From assembly GCA_963715865.1 (NCBI GenBank), contig OY970280.1:960001-1024000 (forward strand): a stretch of 64,000 bases of DNA, read 5' to 3'. The notes beneath the pieces are model-generated. The model made no database searches. It was given only the letters and a program-made list of their open reading frames with translations, and was not told where the DNA came from. Source of the stretch: Candidatus Bathyarchaeota archaeon. Lineage in GTDB: Archaea; Thermoproteota; Bathyarchaeia; Bathyarchaeales; Bathycorpusculaceae. How positions within the stretch are numbered: the stretch's first letter is position 1; each line of letters opens with the position of its first letter. Below are positions 47,115 through 55,660 of the stretch, in pieces. The translations under genes and the position numbers were made by a program.

Positions 47115-47243
47115 TCATTTGTCTTGTTGACGAAGCTCTTGTAGAAGAAGAGAAGAAACGTAATCCGTGATTGATAATCCATTACGTTTTGCTCTATCTT
47201 CTATCGCGGCAAACGCTTCTTTACTAACTCTTAATTTCTTCAT
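47115..47243 (-). CDS. 42-aa ribbon-helix-helix (CopG-like) protein
   Basis: Manual translation MKKLRVSKEAFAAIEDRAKRNGLSITDYVSSLLLQELRQQDK; SD GAGGTGA. Confidence 0.75.
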   Translation of the reverse strand: MKKLRVSKEAFAAIEDRAKRNGLSITDYVSSLLLQELRQQDK

Positions 47244-47381
47244 TCAATCACCTCTTTTTTTCCACGCTATTATCTGCGGGCAGTCACTTTCACACCCTGA
47301 GTAATAACATTCTGGTGTTTCGCTATCTTGATCAATTTCATGAGCAGTTTTATTTTTAGGTTTCTTGGTTGTTTTTTGCAT
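47244..47381 (-). CDS. 45-aa hypothetical protein
   Basis: Manual translation MQKTTKKPK...ECYYSGCESDCPQIIAWKKRGD; tightly coupled to its neighbours. Confidence 0.5.
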   Translation of the reverse strand: MQKTTKKPKNKTAHEIDQDSETPECYYSGCESDCPQIIAWKKRGD

Positions 47382-47566
47382 TAAGGCACTGCTCCGTTTT
47401 TGATTGGATGGGTTTTCATGTACTCGGTTAAGGCCTGCACTGTTTCCTCTGAAACTTTGTAGGTTGAGCCCGTTTTTCTATGAACGTAAAGTGTCCATTC
47501 GAGCCAGAACTTGTCGTCTATGTTTAAGCTTGTTCTTTTCTTTGTCATAGATTGCATATTTACCAC
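47381..47566 (-). CDS. Ribbon-helix-helix protein
   Basis: KRTSLNIDDKFW.EW...V.......VSE....AL.EYM. Confidence 0.7.
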   Translation of the reverse strand: MVNMQSMTKKRTSLNIDDKFWLEWTLYVHRKTGSTYKVSEETVQALTEYMKTHPIKNGAVP

Positions 47567-47647
47567 GTTACTTTACTTAATGCTTTCGTCCCTATTAAAC
47601 ATTACCACATTAACACATTAACACAATGTTTATTAATTACCACGTTA
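47560..47647. promoter_or_regulatory. Four TTA(C/A)CAC(G/A)TTA boxes between divergent operons
   Basis: At 47560, 47602, 47610 and 47637. Confidence 0.7.
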
Positions 47648-47859
47648 TTACGTTATTATTTGAGGAAAGCGAAATGTGGAATCAAACAAACTTGGATGGA
47701 AAAATTTTAGAACTCCCTACGGAGCTCCAATCAGTTTGCTGCGAAATTTGTTATAACGCAACCGAGGAAAAATGCGATTGTAAGTGCCACGGCGCCTTTC
47801 ACGGTCTCGGCAACTTGAACAAGAAAACAGAAACTGAGAAAATGCGCGAGGGATTTTAA
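47626..47859 (+). CDS. Cys/His-rich zinc-finger protein (probable start at MWNQ)
   Basis: C..C.NA....CDC.C.G.FHG motif typical of MGE proteins. Confidence 0.7.
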   Translation: MFINYHVITLLFEESEMWNQTNLDGKILELPTELQSVCCEICYNATEEKCDCKCHGAFHGLGNLNKKTETEKMREGF

Positions 47860-47860
47860 G

Positions 47861-48196
47861 ATGGAAGTCGTAATGAACCGCACTAAGGAACATTGGCTTT
47901 TCACTTGGACGCCTACTGGCACCGTTAAAACTTACTTTGTCAGCGAAGGACACATTAACGTGCAATGCCTACCCGGCGAGAAAGAGTTAACCAACCAACT
48001 GTTCAACGCATTGTACGCTGGAGTGCCCGTTCACGTTCACGGCGCCTATGACAAGGAAACTCACATCCTCACGATTAAGCCTGCCGAACGCGATGAAAAT
48101 GCGCCAGTCCCCACGCAAACGCCGCAACAGCGCGACCGCGCCACAGACGACTATTTCAAGTGGCAAGAAGAACACCTCAAAAACCTATGCGTGTAA
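47861..48196 (+). CDS. Hypothetical protein
   Basis: 111 aa, operon-like spacing. Confidence 0.7.
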   Translation: MEVVMNRTKEHWLFTWTPTGTVKTYFVSEGHINVQCLPGEKELTNQLFNALYAGVPVHVHGAYDKETHILTIKPAERDENAPVPTQTPQQRDRATDDYFKWQEEHLKNLCV

Positions 48197-48232
48197 TCCG
48201 CAATATTCAAGAAGTTAGGAGTCGTATAGGAG

Positions 48233-48484
48233 GTGAAAAGTGTGAGTGAAAAATTTGAGTATGAACAAGTAACTATCAAAGTGCCTAAGCAAATAATGGC
48301 TTTTCTGCGCTTCCAAGCTGGACAGCACGATGTCCAGGTAACGGAAGAAATAGAAGGCTGTGTGCTTGACGATGTGCGAGGTCTAATGGAAGGTATGGAG
48401 GGAGAAGAATTGATTGGTTTTCTCGGGATGGACACTATTTTCTATGAGCTATTAGACGACCAAAACTATAAGCCAAAAGGCTAA
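48233..48484 (+). CDS. RHH-like small protein
   Basis: VTIKVPKQIMAFL N-terminus; SD GGAGGTGA. Confidence 0.65.
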   Translation: MKSVSEKFEYEQVTIKVPKQIMAFLRFQAGQHDVQVTEEIEGCVLDDVRGLMEGMEGEELIGFLGMDTIFYELLDDQNYKPKG

Positions 48485-48602
48485 AAGCAACAGATTAAAC
48501 CTTCAATATCTCTTTTTTTTATTTTTCAAATATGCCTACCGGGAGGGGTCTTTTTTCCAGACAGACAAACTAAAAATCAATAACCGTCTTTTATTTAAGT
48601 TT

Positions 48603-48614
48603 ACTAAGGAGTAA
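48603..48614 (+). repeat. attR core ACTAAGGAGTAA
   Basis: Exact repeat of 37225-37236, within the dyad TTACT-AAGG-AGTAA. Confidence 0.85.
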
Positions 48615-48624
48615 CCGCTCTTCA

Positions 48625-48969
48625 CTAAGCGCATAGGGCTTTGTAGGCTTCGATAAATTCCATGGCAAATTTGTCAGCGTATTTCTCTGTGCCTCTATGC
48701 ATTTTATCCACCGCTTTGCTGCGCAGGTGATGATAAAACTCGTGTAGAATAACGAAGGGGTTCACCATCACGTCACTATTTAGCACTGAAATGGTTTCAT
48801 TTTTAGATGTATAACAACCGAACGCTTTCATCTTGTGCCCTTTTGGTAAACCAACTTTCAGTTTGGGAACATTCACTTTGTAATTTTTCGCCAGTAAAGT
48901 GAGCGCTTCTTCCGGTTTTCCATTGAGAATAAACCAGACCACTAGTGGTTTGAAGTTGTCCTGCGTCAT
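48625..48969 (-). CDS. Small HExxH zincin-like protein
   Basis: FVILHEFYHHL. Confidence 0.75.
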   Translation of the reverse strand: MTQDNFKPLVVWFILNGKPEEALTLLAKNYKVNVPKLKVGLPKGHKMKAFGCYTSKNETISVLNSDVMVNPFVILHEFYHHLRSKAVDKMHRGTEKYADKFAMEFIEAYKALCA

Positions 48970-49039
48970 TGTGCCGTCAGCAATACAGAGTTGCGCTGCT
49001 TAATTAACTGCCCCGTAAAAAGATTGGATAAGCATAAGG

Positions 49040-50290
49040 TTACTCGCCGTAAGTGCCTCTTCTAATCTTCTCAGCCAACAAATGGATGAACTCAATCGGC
49101 CAAACATCATCACAAACATCGTCCGTCAATATGTTGCGTTGATGATACATGGAAATTAAATCATTTTTTAGTAGAAGTATTAGAAGGAATTTGTGGCCAT
49201 AAGTTCTTTTGAACAGCGCATATTTGCGAGCTTGCCTTTTAGTCATTTCAAAGTGGGGTTCAAGGATTATTTTTCTTCCTTGAAGTGTCTTTTCTAATAT
49301 AAAATCTGGGGTGTAAATTTCGTTGTTTGGCAAAGGGAAGCTAATCGTTTCATAACCATATGGAATGTGCATCCTCAAAAGGGTGAGGGCGGTTTTTTTC
49401 TCCCATCCGCTCTTGTAGCGGCTCATTTTTTGGTAATAAGCTTGGGACTGCCCAGTTATTTTTTGCATGCGATCAAGAAAATCAAGTGCTGTTTTCAACG
49501 TGTAGCGGTTTAAGGTTTTTTGTTTAAGCCATCTGCCCAAGAGGAAAAAGGGAGAATCTACCTTCGCAGGGTCTTGTGGGAAAAGTCGTTTTGCAAAGTC
49601 AGTTATTTTTTGCCGTGCATCTGCTGCGGTGCGTTCGTCTCTCCACAGCGATGGCGAAGCTGAGTTTATTACACCCAAGCTTGCAGCAACATTAGCGTTT
49701 TCCTTGGTCAATGGAACGTAGAGGTCTTCTGGCAAAAGATGGTCGTAGATTTGCAGGTCAGGTAGAGGTCTCACCATCCACCGCATATAAATCCACGCCT
49801 TGTCTATGTGCGGTCCGCTAAGCGCTTTGATGTTTTGTGCAATGTCCTCGATGAAATCCTTAGGCTTACTAAATCTTTGGGCGTACTTTAGCAGGTTTTT
49901 TTCTTCATTAGTCTTCACAAATAAGTTAACAGACGCCAAGATTTCGGATGCCGCTTTTTTGTTTGGACCTAAATCGTAATAAAAATCGGATTTTACGATT
50001 TCTTCTTCGAAAATATGCGCTTTTTTTATTTCGAAAAGGCTGTTGCCAAAGGCTTCATGTAGATATGCTAGTAGCATTCGTGCGTTTTCAGGGTAACCTA
50101 CAACTGTATCATCAAGTATAGATGCAGCCAGTAGAAAGTAGTGCGCTATAGTTTTCCGCTCTTCATACTTTTCCGAGTACGGGTTAAAGAGCAACCGTGG
50201 ACTCATACGTCGGTCCCATTGGATGTCAACAACGTTGGAATTCTTGTTAATGAAGTCAACAAGTAAAGTTAGCACTTCATCGGTTGCCAT
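49040..50290 (-). CDS. DUF2400 (TIGR02757)-like HhH domain fused to a T7 endonuclease I-like PD-(D/E)xK domain
   Basis: KAWIYMRWMVRP.PDL...VPL...LG...FP.DPAKVD.P.F.LG, then YKSGWEK...YE.......YTPDF.....ILEPH. Confidence 0.7.
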   Translation of the reverse strand: MATDEVLTLLVDFINKNSNVVDIQWDRRMSPRLLFNPYSEKYEERKTIAHYFLLAASILDDTVVGYPENARMLLAYLHEAFGNSLFEIKKAHIFEEEIVKSDFYYDLGPNKKAASEILASVNLFVKTNEEKNLLKYAQRFSKPKDFIEDIAQNIKALSGPHIDKAWIYMRWMVRPLPDLQIYDHLLPEDLYVPLTKENANVAASLGVINSASPSLWRDERTAADARQKITDFAKRLFPQDPAKVDSPFFLLGRWLKQKTLNRYTLKTALDFLDRMQKITGQSQAYYQKMSRYKSGWEKKTALTLLRMHIPYGYETISFPLPNNEIYTPDFILEKTLQGRKIILEPHFEMTKRQARKYALFKRTYGHKFLLILLLKNDLISMYHQRNILTDDVCDDVWPIEFIHLLAEKIRRGTYGE

Positions 50291-50491
50291 AGCCCATACC
50301 CCGTTTATTGACTATATATGCATTAGTGGCTTAAAACTGCTATTATAGTAAGCGACCATTTAACTAAAGAAATATTTTTGATCTTTAAGACTGGGAAATA
50401 GATTAATAGAAGCGGGAATTTTGAATATGCATTACAGCGGAAAGACGAAGCGCCTATATAGGAAAAAGCTGTAAAAAAAATAAGCACACGT

Positions 50492-50569
50492 GGGCCGGTC
50501 GTCTAGCCTGGTTAGGACATCTGCTTGACGTGCAGAAGGTCGCCGGTCCGAATCCGGTCCGGCCCACCA
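50492..50569 (+). tRNA. tRNA-Val(GAC)
   Basis: GGGCCGG...CCGGCCC-A-CCA; anticodon arm TCTGC-TTGACGT-GCAGA; T-loop TCCGAAT. Confidence 0.94.
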
Positions 50570-51227
50570 ACATTTCATCTTTTAGACAATTCTCAGGTCA
50601 AACGGTCATTTTCGTTCTTGACGCTTGCACAAAAAAAGCCAATAAGGCAAAATGAAGGCGTTTCAGGGTTTTCTTATCTTCACCAATGAGGTTTTAGGTA
50701 ATGAGAGCGCCGTATTTTGTTGTTAAAGTTTGTATCTTTCAAGATCGGATTGAGAACCGCATTTTGGGGTAACAAAATAGAAGATTTCTCCACAGTTGCT
50801 ACAGCGAAACTCTTGATTTTTGTTTTTCTCTACCGCTGGAGAACTACATTTAGGACAGCGTATTTCAACGTTCGGCGTTTTTTCTTCCTTCCAAGTTTAG
50901 CGTAAATTGTTTTGTTATTAAAGATTACGACAAATATGGGTTAGGTTAAAGGGCAAGGTTTTTGAGTGGCGTTGTTTTCTATTGCCTGCCAAGGTTGATG
51001 AATTTTGTCTAGAAAAGCAAAGAAAGCCGAGGGTCTAGAAAAGCACAAGAAATTGCAACGGGAAAAGGACCAGAAACGAAAAGAGAAAAAACAGGTTTCA
51101 CTCCCAGCAAAACACGCCAAAGGCAAAAAATAGTTCTTTTGCGTTAAACGAAGTTTGTCTACTCCGATGTAATCTACTTTTTCCGTTTGTTACCTATTTC
51201 TAAATTCTGAGTTTCAGTGGCCAAAGC

Positions 51228-51265
51228 GCAGAACGTCGCCGGTCCAGATCCGGCCCGGCTCACCA
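51228..51265 (+). repeat. Degenerate copy of the 3' 38 nt of tRNA-Val(GAC) (old att scar)
   Basis: 33 of 38 identities to 50532-50569. Confidence 0.8.
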
Positions 51266-51367
51266 AGCCAACCACAAATTTTTAGCTTTTAGAGTAATTA
51301 ACTTTTCACTGAAACTAAAGTATATGTTAATTAGATCAAGAAAAATTAAGAAAAAATAATGTTAGGT

Positions 51368-52516
51368 TTATGCTTTTGGTGGAGGTCTTGCTGCAAGAAC
51401 AACGGTCACGTCTATCTGTGAGTTTCCTCTAAAGACACTAATAATTACGCTGTCACCTGGCAAAGTATGTTCTTCCAAGTAGGTTGCTAAATCATCGTTG
51501 TTTCTGATTGTTTGGTTATTCAATGCAATTACAATGTCGCCGACGTTTAATTTGCCATCTGAAGGCCCTCCGCCGACTACTGAAGCAATCCTCCAGCCAT
51601 AAGTAACGCTGGCGCCGTATTGCTGAGCCAAACTATAATCCATGTCCTCTCCTGTTACGCCTAAATAGGCGTGCCCAGTGTAATATCCATTTGTTATCAA
51701 AGAGGATATTTCTCGTAATATAGTGTCTGAGGGAATAGCAAAGCCTAATCCTTGCGAGTCAGAAACTATCGCTGTTGTTATGCCTACTACATTTCCAGCA
51801 GCGTTTAGCAACGGGCCCCCTGAATTTCCAGGGTTTATAGGCGTGCTCGTTTGAATGATATTAGCAATTGCGAACCCTCCAGCTGTGTCTTCCGTTATTG
51901 TTCTTCCCAGTGCACTTACAACGCCTGTCGTTAACGAGCCGACTAGTCCATAGGGATTTCCAATAGCGATTACTGATTCGCCCACACCTAATGTAGAAGA
52001 ACTTACGATATTAACAGGTTTAAACTCCGATGAAAGTGCATTAACTGAAAGAACTGCTAAATCAGAGTACGGGTCAGTTCCAAGGACTGTTGCTGAGTAG
52101 CCGTTTCCATCTGAGAAGGTGACGCTTAAACCGGTAGTGCCTTCAACAACATGGTAATTGGTTAATACAACGGTTCTGCCTGAAAAGGTATAAACGAAAC
52201 CTGATCCTTGCACGGTACCACTGCTAGTGTCGCCTTGTATTAAAACAATGGAGTCACGAACACTTTGGTACAGAGCAGCTAGAGACGTGCCGTTCTGAAT
52301 TATGTTGATGGTTTGGTAAGTAGCATTTTGGAAGCCTTTAAGGTCAGAAACTTGACTTCGCAGATTCGCAACTTGACTGCTAAGGCTATTTACTTGCTCG
52401 TAATTGATATAAAAACTCACTAATCCTCCAGCTAGTAACCCTGCGGCAAACAGGAGTATTAGAAGGCTAGCTAAAGCTTTACTACCCTTGGACGCTATCA
52501 TTTCATTGAACCTCAA
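51368..52516 (-). CDS. Second HtrA/DegP-like serine protease with PDZ domain
   Basis: GSGF, LTNYHV, DLAVL, INPGNSGGPL. Confidence 0.95.
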   Translation of the reverse strand: MRFNEMIASKGSKALASLLILLFAAGLLAGGLVSFYINYEQVNSLSSQVANLRSQVSDLKGFQNATYQTINIIQNGTSLAALYQSVRDSIVLIQGDTSSGTVQGSGFVYTFSGRTVVLTNYHVVEGTTGLSVTFSDGNGYSATVLGTDPYSDLAVLSVNALSSEFKPVNIVSSSTLGVGESVIAIGNPYGLVGSLTTGVVSALGRTITEDTAGGFAIANIIQTSTPINPGNSGGPLLNAAGNVVGITTAIVSDSQGLGFAIPSDTILREISSLITNGYYTGHAYLGVTGEDMDYSLAQQYGASVTYGWRIASVVGGGPSDGKLNVGDIVIALNNQTIRNNDDLATYLEEHTLPGDSVIISVFRGNSQIDVTVVLAARPPPKA

Positions 52517-52548
52517 AAGATAATTTGCATTTAAGAAAATAAAAGTTG

Positions 52549-53550
52549 CTATTTTCTACGGTCAATTATCTCCATTGCCTCAGGTCCCGTGCCAACTAAA
52601 ACGATAGGCACGCCAGTTTTGATTTCAACCTCTTTTATGAAGCCCTTTGCTTCCTTAGGTAAATCGCTGTATTGTTTGGCGCCTCTGCAGTTTGGGAAAA
52701 GGCTGTCTAGTTTTGTCATTGCCGCTTGCGTGGCGCCGTTTATTTTGGCGCTTTTCTTTGCTAACTCGAAATTAAACGGTGCTGAGCGTCTGTCTCTGCC
52801 TGTTCCAGCAGCGACTTCAAACCAGCCTCTTTTCTGAGCTTCCTCTTTTGTTATTTCTCCAGGTAATGGTCCGGCGCCAACTCTTGTCATGAACGATTTA
52901 TACACTATCAGAACGTCGTCAACTCTTGTTGGCCCCACTCCTGCTTCTGAGGCGATGGCTGATGCGCCTGTGTCTCTTCCAGTCACGTATGGGTAGCCGC
53001 CGCTCAAGAACAGTGACAACATGAAGCCTTGCGTGCCTTCAAGAAGCACTTTTTTACCTTCATCTAAGCCATCGTTGACTTCTGCCACTTGGTCAGTAAG
53101 GTAGGATTTCAACTCGGGAATGTCTTTGGCAAGTTTTGCAGTGCGTCTAACGCGTTCTTCGATGGCAGGTCCTACACCCCAACCTGTGGTTCCTATGCCT
53201 TTGTTGACAGCGCTTGCCTTATCCTGAGCGCTATGCTTCTCCTCAATAATTGAAGCGTTCTGGTCTATGCCAATTCTGCCTTGCACTTTTGTTAGTTCTA
53301 CTTCTTCAAAAAATTTCGGCACATGGATGTTTGCACCTGCAGCGATAAGCAGGCGTGTTTTAGGATTTAAGAAGGCTGCGGGAACCATATGTAAAGCGTA
53401 TTTTTTGCCTTCAAACCAGACAGTATGTGCTGCATTTACTGAGCCGGTTCTAACGCAGAAATCAAGTTTATCCTTAAGGGCTAAATAAGAGATTATTTTT
53501 CCTTTGCCTTCGTCTCCCCAGAAGGCGCCGACAATAACCGTGCAAGGCAT
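52549..53550 (-). CDS. purA: Adenylosuccinate synthetase (short archaeal form)
   Basis: GAFWGDEGKGK, GTTGWGVGP, EGTQG, YPYVT, GTGRDRR, TKLD. Confidence 0.96.
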   Translation of the reverse strand: MPCTVIVGAFWGDEGKGKIISYLALKDKLDFCVRTGSVNAAHTVWFEGKKYALHMVPAAFLNPKTRLLIAAGANIHVPKFFEEVELTKVQGRIGIDQNASIIEEKHSAQDKASAVNKGIGTTGWGVGPAIEERVRRTAKLAKDIPELKSYLTDQVAEVNDGLDEGKKVLLEGTQGFMLSLFLSGGYPYVTGRDTGASAIASEAGVGPTRVDDVLIVYKSFMTRVGAGPLPGEITKEEAQKRGWFEVAAGTGRDRRSAPFNFELAKKSAKINGATQAAMTKLDSLFPNCRGAKQYSDLPKEAKGFIKEVEIKTGVPIVLVGTGPEAMEIIDRRK

Positions 53551-53575
53551 AGCAATTCACCTTTGACAAGTCGCA

Positions 53576-53782
53576 TCAAGAATTATTTAAAGATGTAGGG
53601 GGCTTTTTATTGTGTCTCTTATTTTCATTTATCAATTGAGCTAAACGGTAAGTAACATAGGCTGAAAAGCTGCGAATGCCTTTTTTTATGGCGTATTCCT
53701 CTTTGACCTCGAGCCATTCGTTAAAAAAGTAATCGTAAACCTCAGCCTTTACAGTAATGCTTTTATAGCCTTTTTTTGGCGT
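53576..53782 (-). CDS. RHH-like regulator whose aligned start codon is ACG
   Basis: Manual translation xPKKGYKSITVKAEVYDYFFNEW... (68 aa); SD-like GAGGGG upstream; in-frame stop four codons before the ACG. Confidence 0.55.
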   Translation of the reverse strand, partial: TPKKGYKSITVKAEVYDYFFNEWLEVKEEYAIKKGIRSFSAYVTYRLAQLINENKRHNKKPPTSLNNS

Positions 53783-53906
53783 TTTGTTCCCCTCTTAAGC
53801 ATAGCTACCGAACGTACATTTATATAAGGTTTGACAATCTTGCGGTAATTTACCGTTAATTATATATTTACTGAGTACCGTAAAGTACGGAAGGGAGATT
53901 GGAGTT

Positions 53907-54053
53907 TTGCCACGGAAAGGTTATAAATCTATAACTGTCACTGAGAAGGTTCATGAAGTCATCAAAAAAAGATCAAAGGAAACCAACCGAACTATTAGAG
54001 AATATGTTGAATACTTGCTTGCTAAGGATAAAACTGCTAAAGAAGGAAAATAA
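53907..54053 (+). CDS. 48-aa RHH regulator (TTG start)
   Basis: Manual translation MPRKGYKSITVTEKVHEVIKKRSKETNRTIREYVEYLLAKDKTAKEGK. Confidence 0.75.
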   Translation: MPRKGYKSITVTEKVHEVIKKRSKETNRTIREYVEYLLAKDKTAKEGK

Positions 54054-54056
54054 TTT

Positions 54057-54236
54057 TTGACCATCAAAATTGTTCAAAGCAACGAGAGGGTTGCTGAAGT
54101 ACAATTCGTTTGCGATTGCTGCGGCAAACTAATAAGAACCTGTCTAATAAGAAGAGAAGAAGTTGAAGCTCAAAAAAACACAAAAACAATTTGCTGTCAA
54201 TGCAAACATGCCAAAAACGAAAAGAATAAGCCCTGA
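54057..54236 (+). CDS. 59-aa zinc-finger protein (TTG start)
   Basis: Manual translation ...FVCDCCGK...ICCQCK... Confidence 0.6.
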   Translation: MTIKIVQSNERVAEVQFVCDCCGKLIRTCLIRREEVEAQKNTKTICCQCKHAKNEKNKP

Positions 54237-54252
54237 TTTTCATTAGGAATTT

Positions 54253-54633
54253 TCAAGAACGCCTGTTTACTGCTTCGCAATCGATTCTTTCCAAAAGTTT
54301 AATCACTCTCTTGCCCTTTAGATTTTTTTCTTTTTCTGTTATTGTATTTCGTGATTGACAAATTTCGTCTAAAATAATTCCTTTTTCTTCATCAAATATA
54401 ACAGGATATACTCGGCAGCCCGAAGGTCTATCAACATAAACGCTGCATTCGCGTTTTTTGCGGTCGTAGAAAACGCAGTAGCCTTCTCGGTTCTTGAGTT
54501 GAGCGTAGCCTTGCTTGTCGAATTTTACAAAGTAGTTTTTGTTGAAGCCTTTCTTTTCTAAGCGCGTGATGTCTTTTTTGGCGAGAAGCATTTCTGTTTC
54601 TGTGCAACAGGCGCCACAATTTGAACAACGCAT
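54253..54633 (-). CDS. YkgJ family cysteine-cluster protein
   Basis: CSNCGACC, CVFYD, CSVY.DRP..CR.YP. Confidence 0.9.
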   Translation of the reverse strand: MRCSNCGACCTETEMLLAKKDITRLEKKGFNKNYFVKFDKQGYAQLKNREGYCVFYDRKKRECSVYVDRPSGCRVYPVIFDEEKGIILDEICQSRNTITEKEKNLKGKRVIKLLERIDCEAVNRRS

Positions 54634-54676
54634 AAGCTTGAAGTATTTTGCTTGTATTTTTGCTTTTATCTTGTGT

Positions 54677-54925
54677 TTAGTAACATTTTAGGCGACTGGG
54701 TTGCAGTATGTTTGGGTTTAAAAGTTCTGCCCACGCGACGTTTCTTAAGGGTATGCGGATGGTTCTGCGGTTGCCACATGTAGTGCACGCGATTAAGCTG
54801 TTTTTTCCTGAGCCTTTATGGATTCCAGTTAATTGCACGTTTATTATCACGGCTCCATCCTTTAAGTGCAGGTTAACGTTTTTTCCAATGTATGATTTGG
54901 CGCTGTTAGCGCTGAAGTTCTCCAT
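54677..54925 (-). CDS. Small Sm-like/beta-barrel hypothetical protein
   Basis: YIGKNVNLHLKDG.VI.NV pattern. Confidence 0.55.
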   Translation of the reverse strand: MENFSANSAKSYIGKNVNLHLKDGAVIINVQLTGIHKGSGKNSLIACTTCGNRRTIRIPLRNVAWAELLNPNILQPSRLKCY

Positions 54926-55195
54926 TGTCTTTTCACCACTCGTTTTCTTGGTCAGCTATTTTGTTCCAGCATTGTTGGCAGATGGGTTTTTTTTCGCCTT
55001 TTATGAGAATGTATAGTTTGATGTTTTCGCTTTTGCAGTCGTCTTTCCAAGGGTTTTTGCAATGCTCCATTTTTATTACCTCTGAATTACCGTTTTTAGC
55101 GTTTAGCGCTTTTAAGGCGGTTGCAGAAACTACTGTTTGGAGCAGGGGAGGGGTGAGTGAAAGTAAAACTTTATACGCTTAGCGTTTAAACTGAT

Positions 55196-55660
55196 TTGGC
55201 TGTGGAGTGCATGTCTCTCTTAAATAACCCTTTTGCGCTCATTGCAACGACTAGTTTAACTATTCAAATCATTGTTTTATTTTTGCTGCTGTACGGTTAC
55301 TCGCTGAAGAGGAAGCTGAGGTTTCGGCAGCATGGAATCGCCATGTCCGCCGCTGTTGTTTTGCATCTGGTAGTAGTGTTTGCGATTATGATTCCTTCCT
55401 TTGTTCTTGCGGTGATTCCAGGATATGTTATTCCGCATTTTTCTGGAATAATATCTGTTGTTAGTTTGGTTCATGCAGTCGCTGGAGCTTTAGCAGGTTC
55501 ACTTGGTGTCTGGCTGGTTGCTTCTTGGCGCTTTCGCGACTTGAAGGGTTGCTTTACGAAAAAAAGGTTTATGCTTTGGACAATAACAGTTTGGTTTATA
55601 TCATTGTCTTTTGGAATCGCGCTGTACACTATCTTTTATTGGGCTATTCTAATGAGTTAA
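55196..55660 (+). CDS. DUF420-like membrane protein with conserved His residues
   Basis: Four TM segments; RQHG.AM, LH, VH motifs. Confidence 0.65.
   Translation: MAVECMSLLNNPFALIATTSLTIQIIVLFLLLYGYSLKRKLRFRQHGIAMSAAVVLHLVVVFAIMIPSFVLAVIPGYVIPHFSGIISVVSLVHAVAGALAGSLGVWLVASWRFRDLKGCFTKKRFMLWTITVWFISLSFGIALYTIFYWAILMS

Larger units (their letters stand above)
37225..48614. mobile_element. 11.4-kb integrated virus-satellite-like element
   Basis: Integrase next to attL, attR at the far end, replication ATPase, tape measure protein, many RHH genes. Excision leaves two convergent host genes 10 bp apart. Confidence 0.88.

Noticed and set aside
28218-52516. Two HtrA paralogues and two MacB-type ABC systems as a novel system
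   Set aside because: Both are common multi-copy families and are not physically linked beyond one operon.
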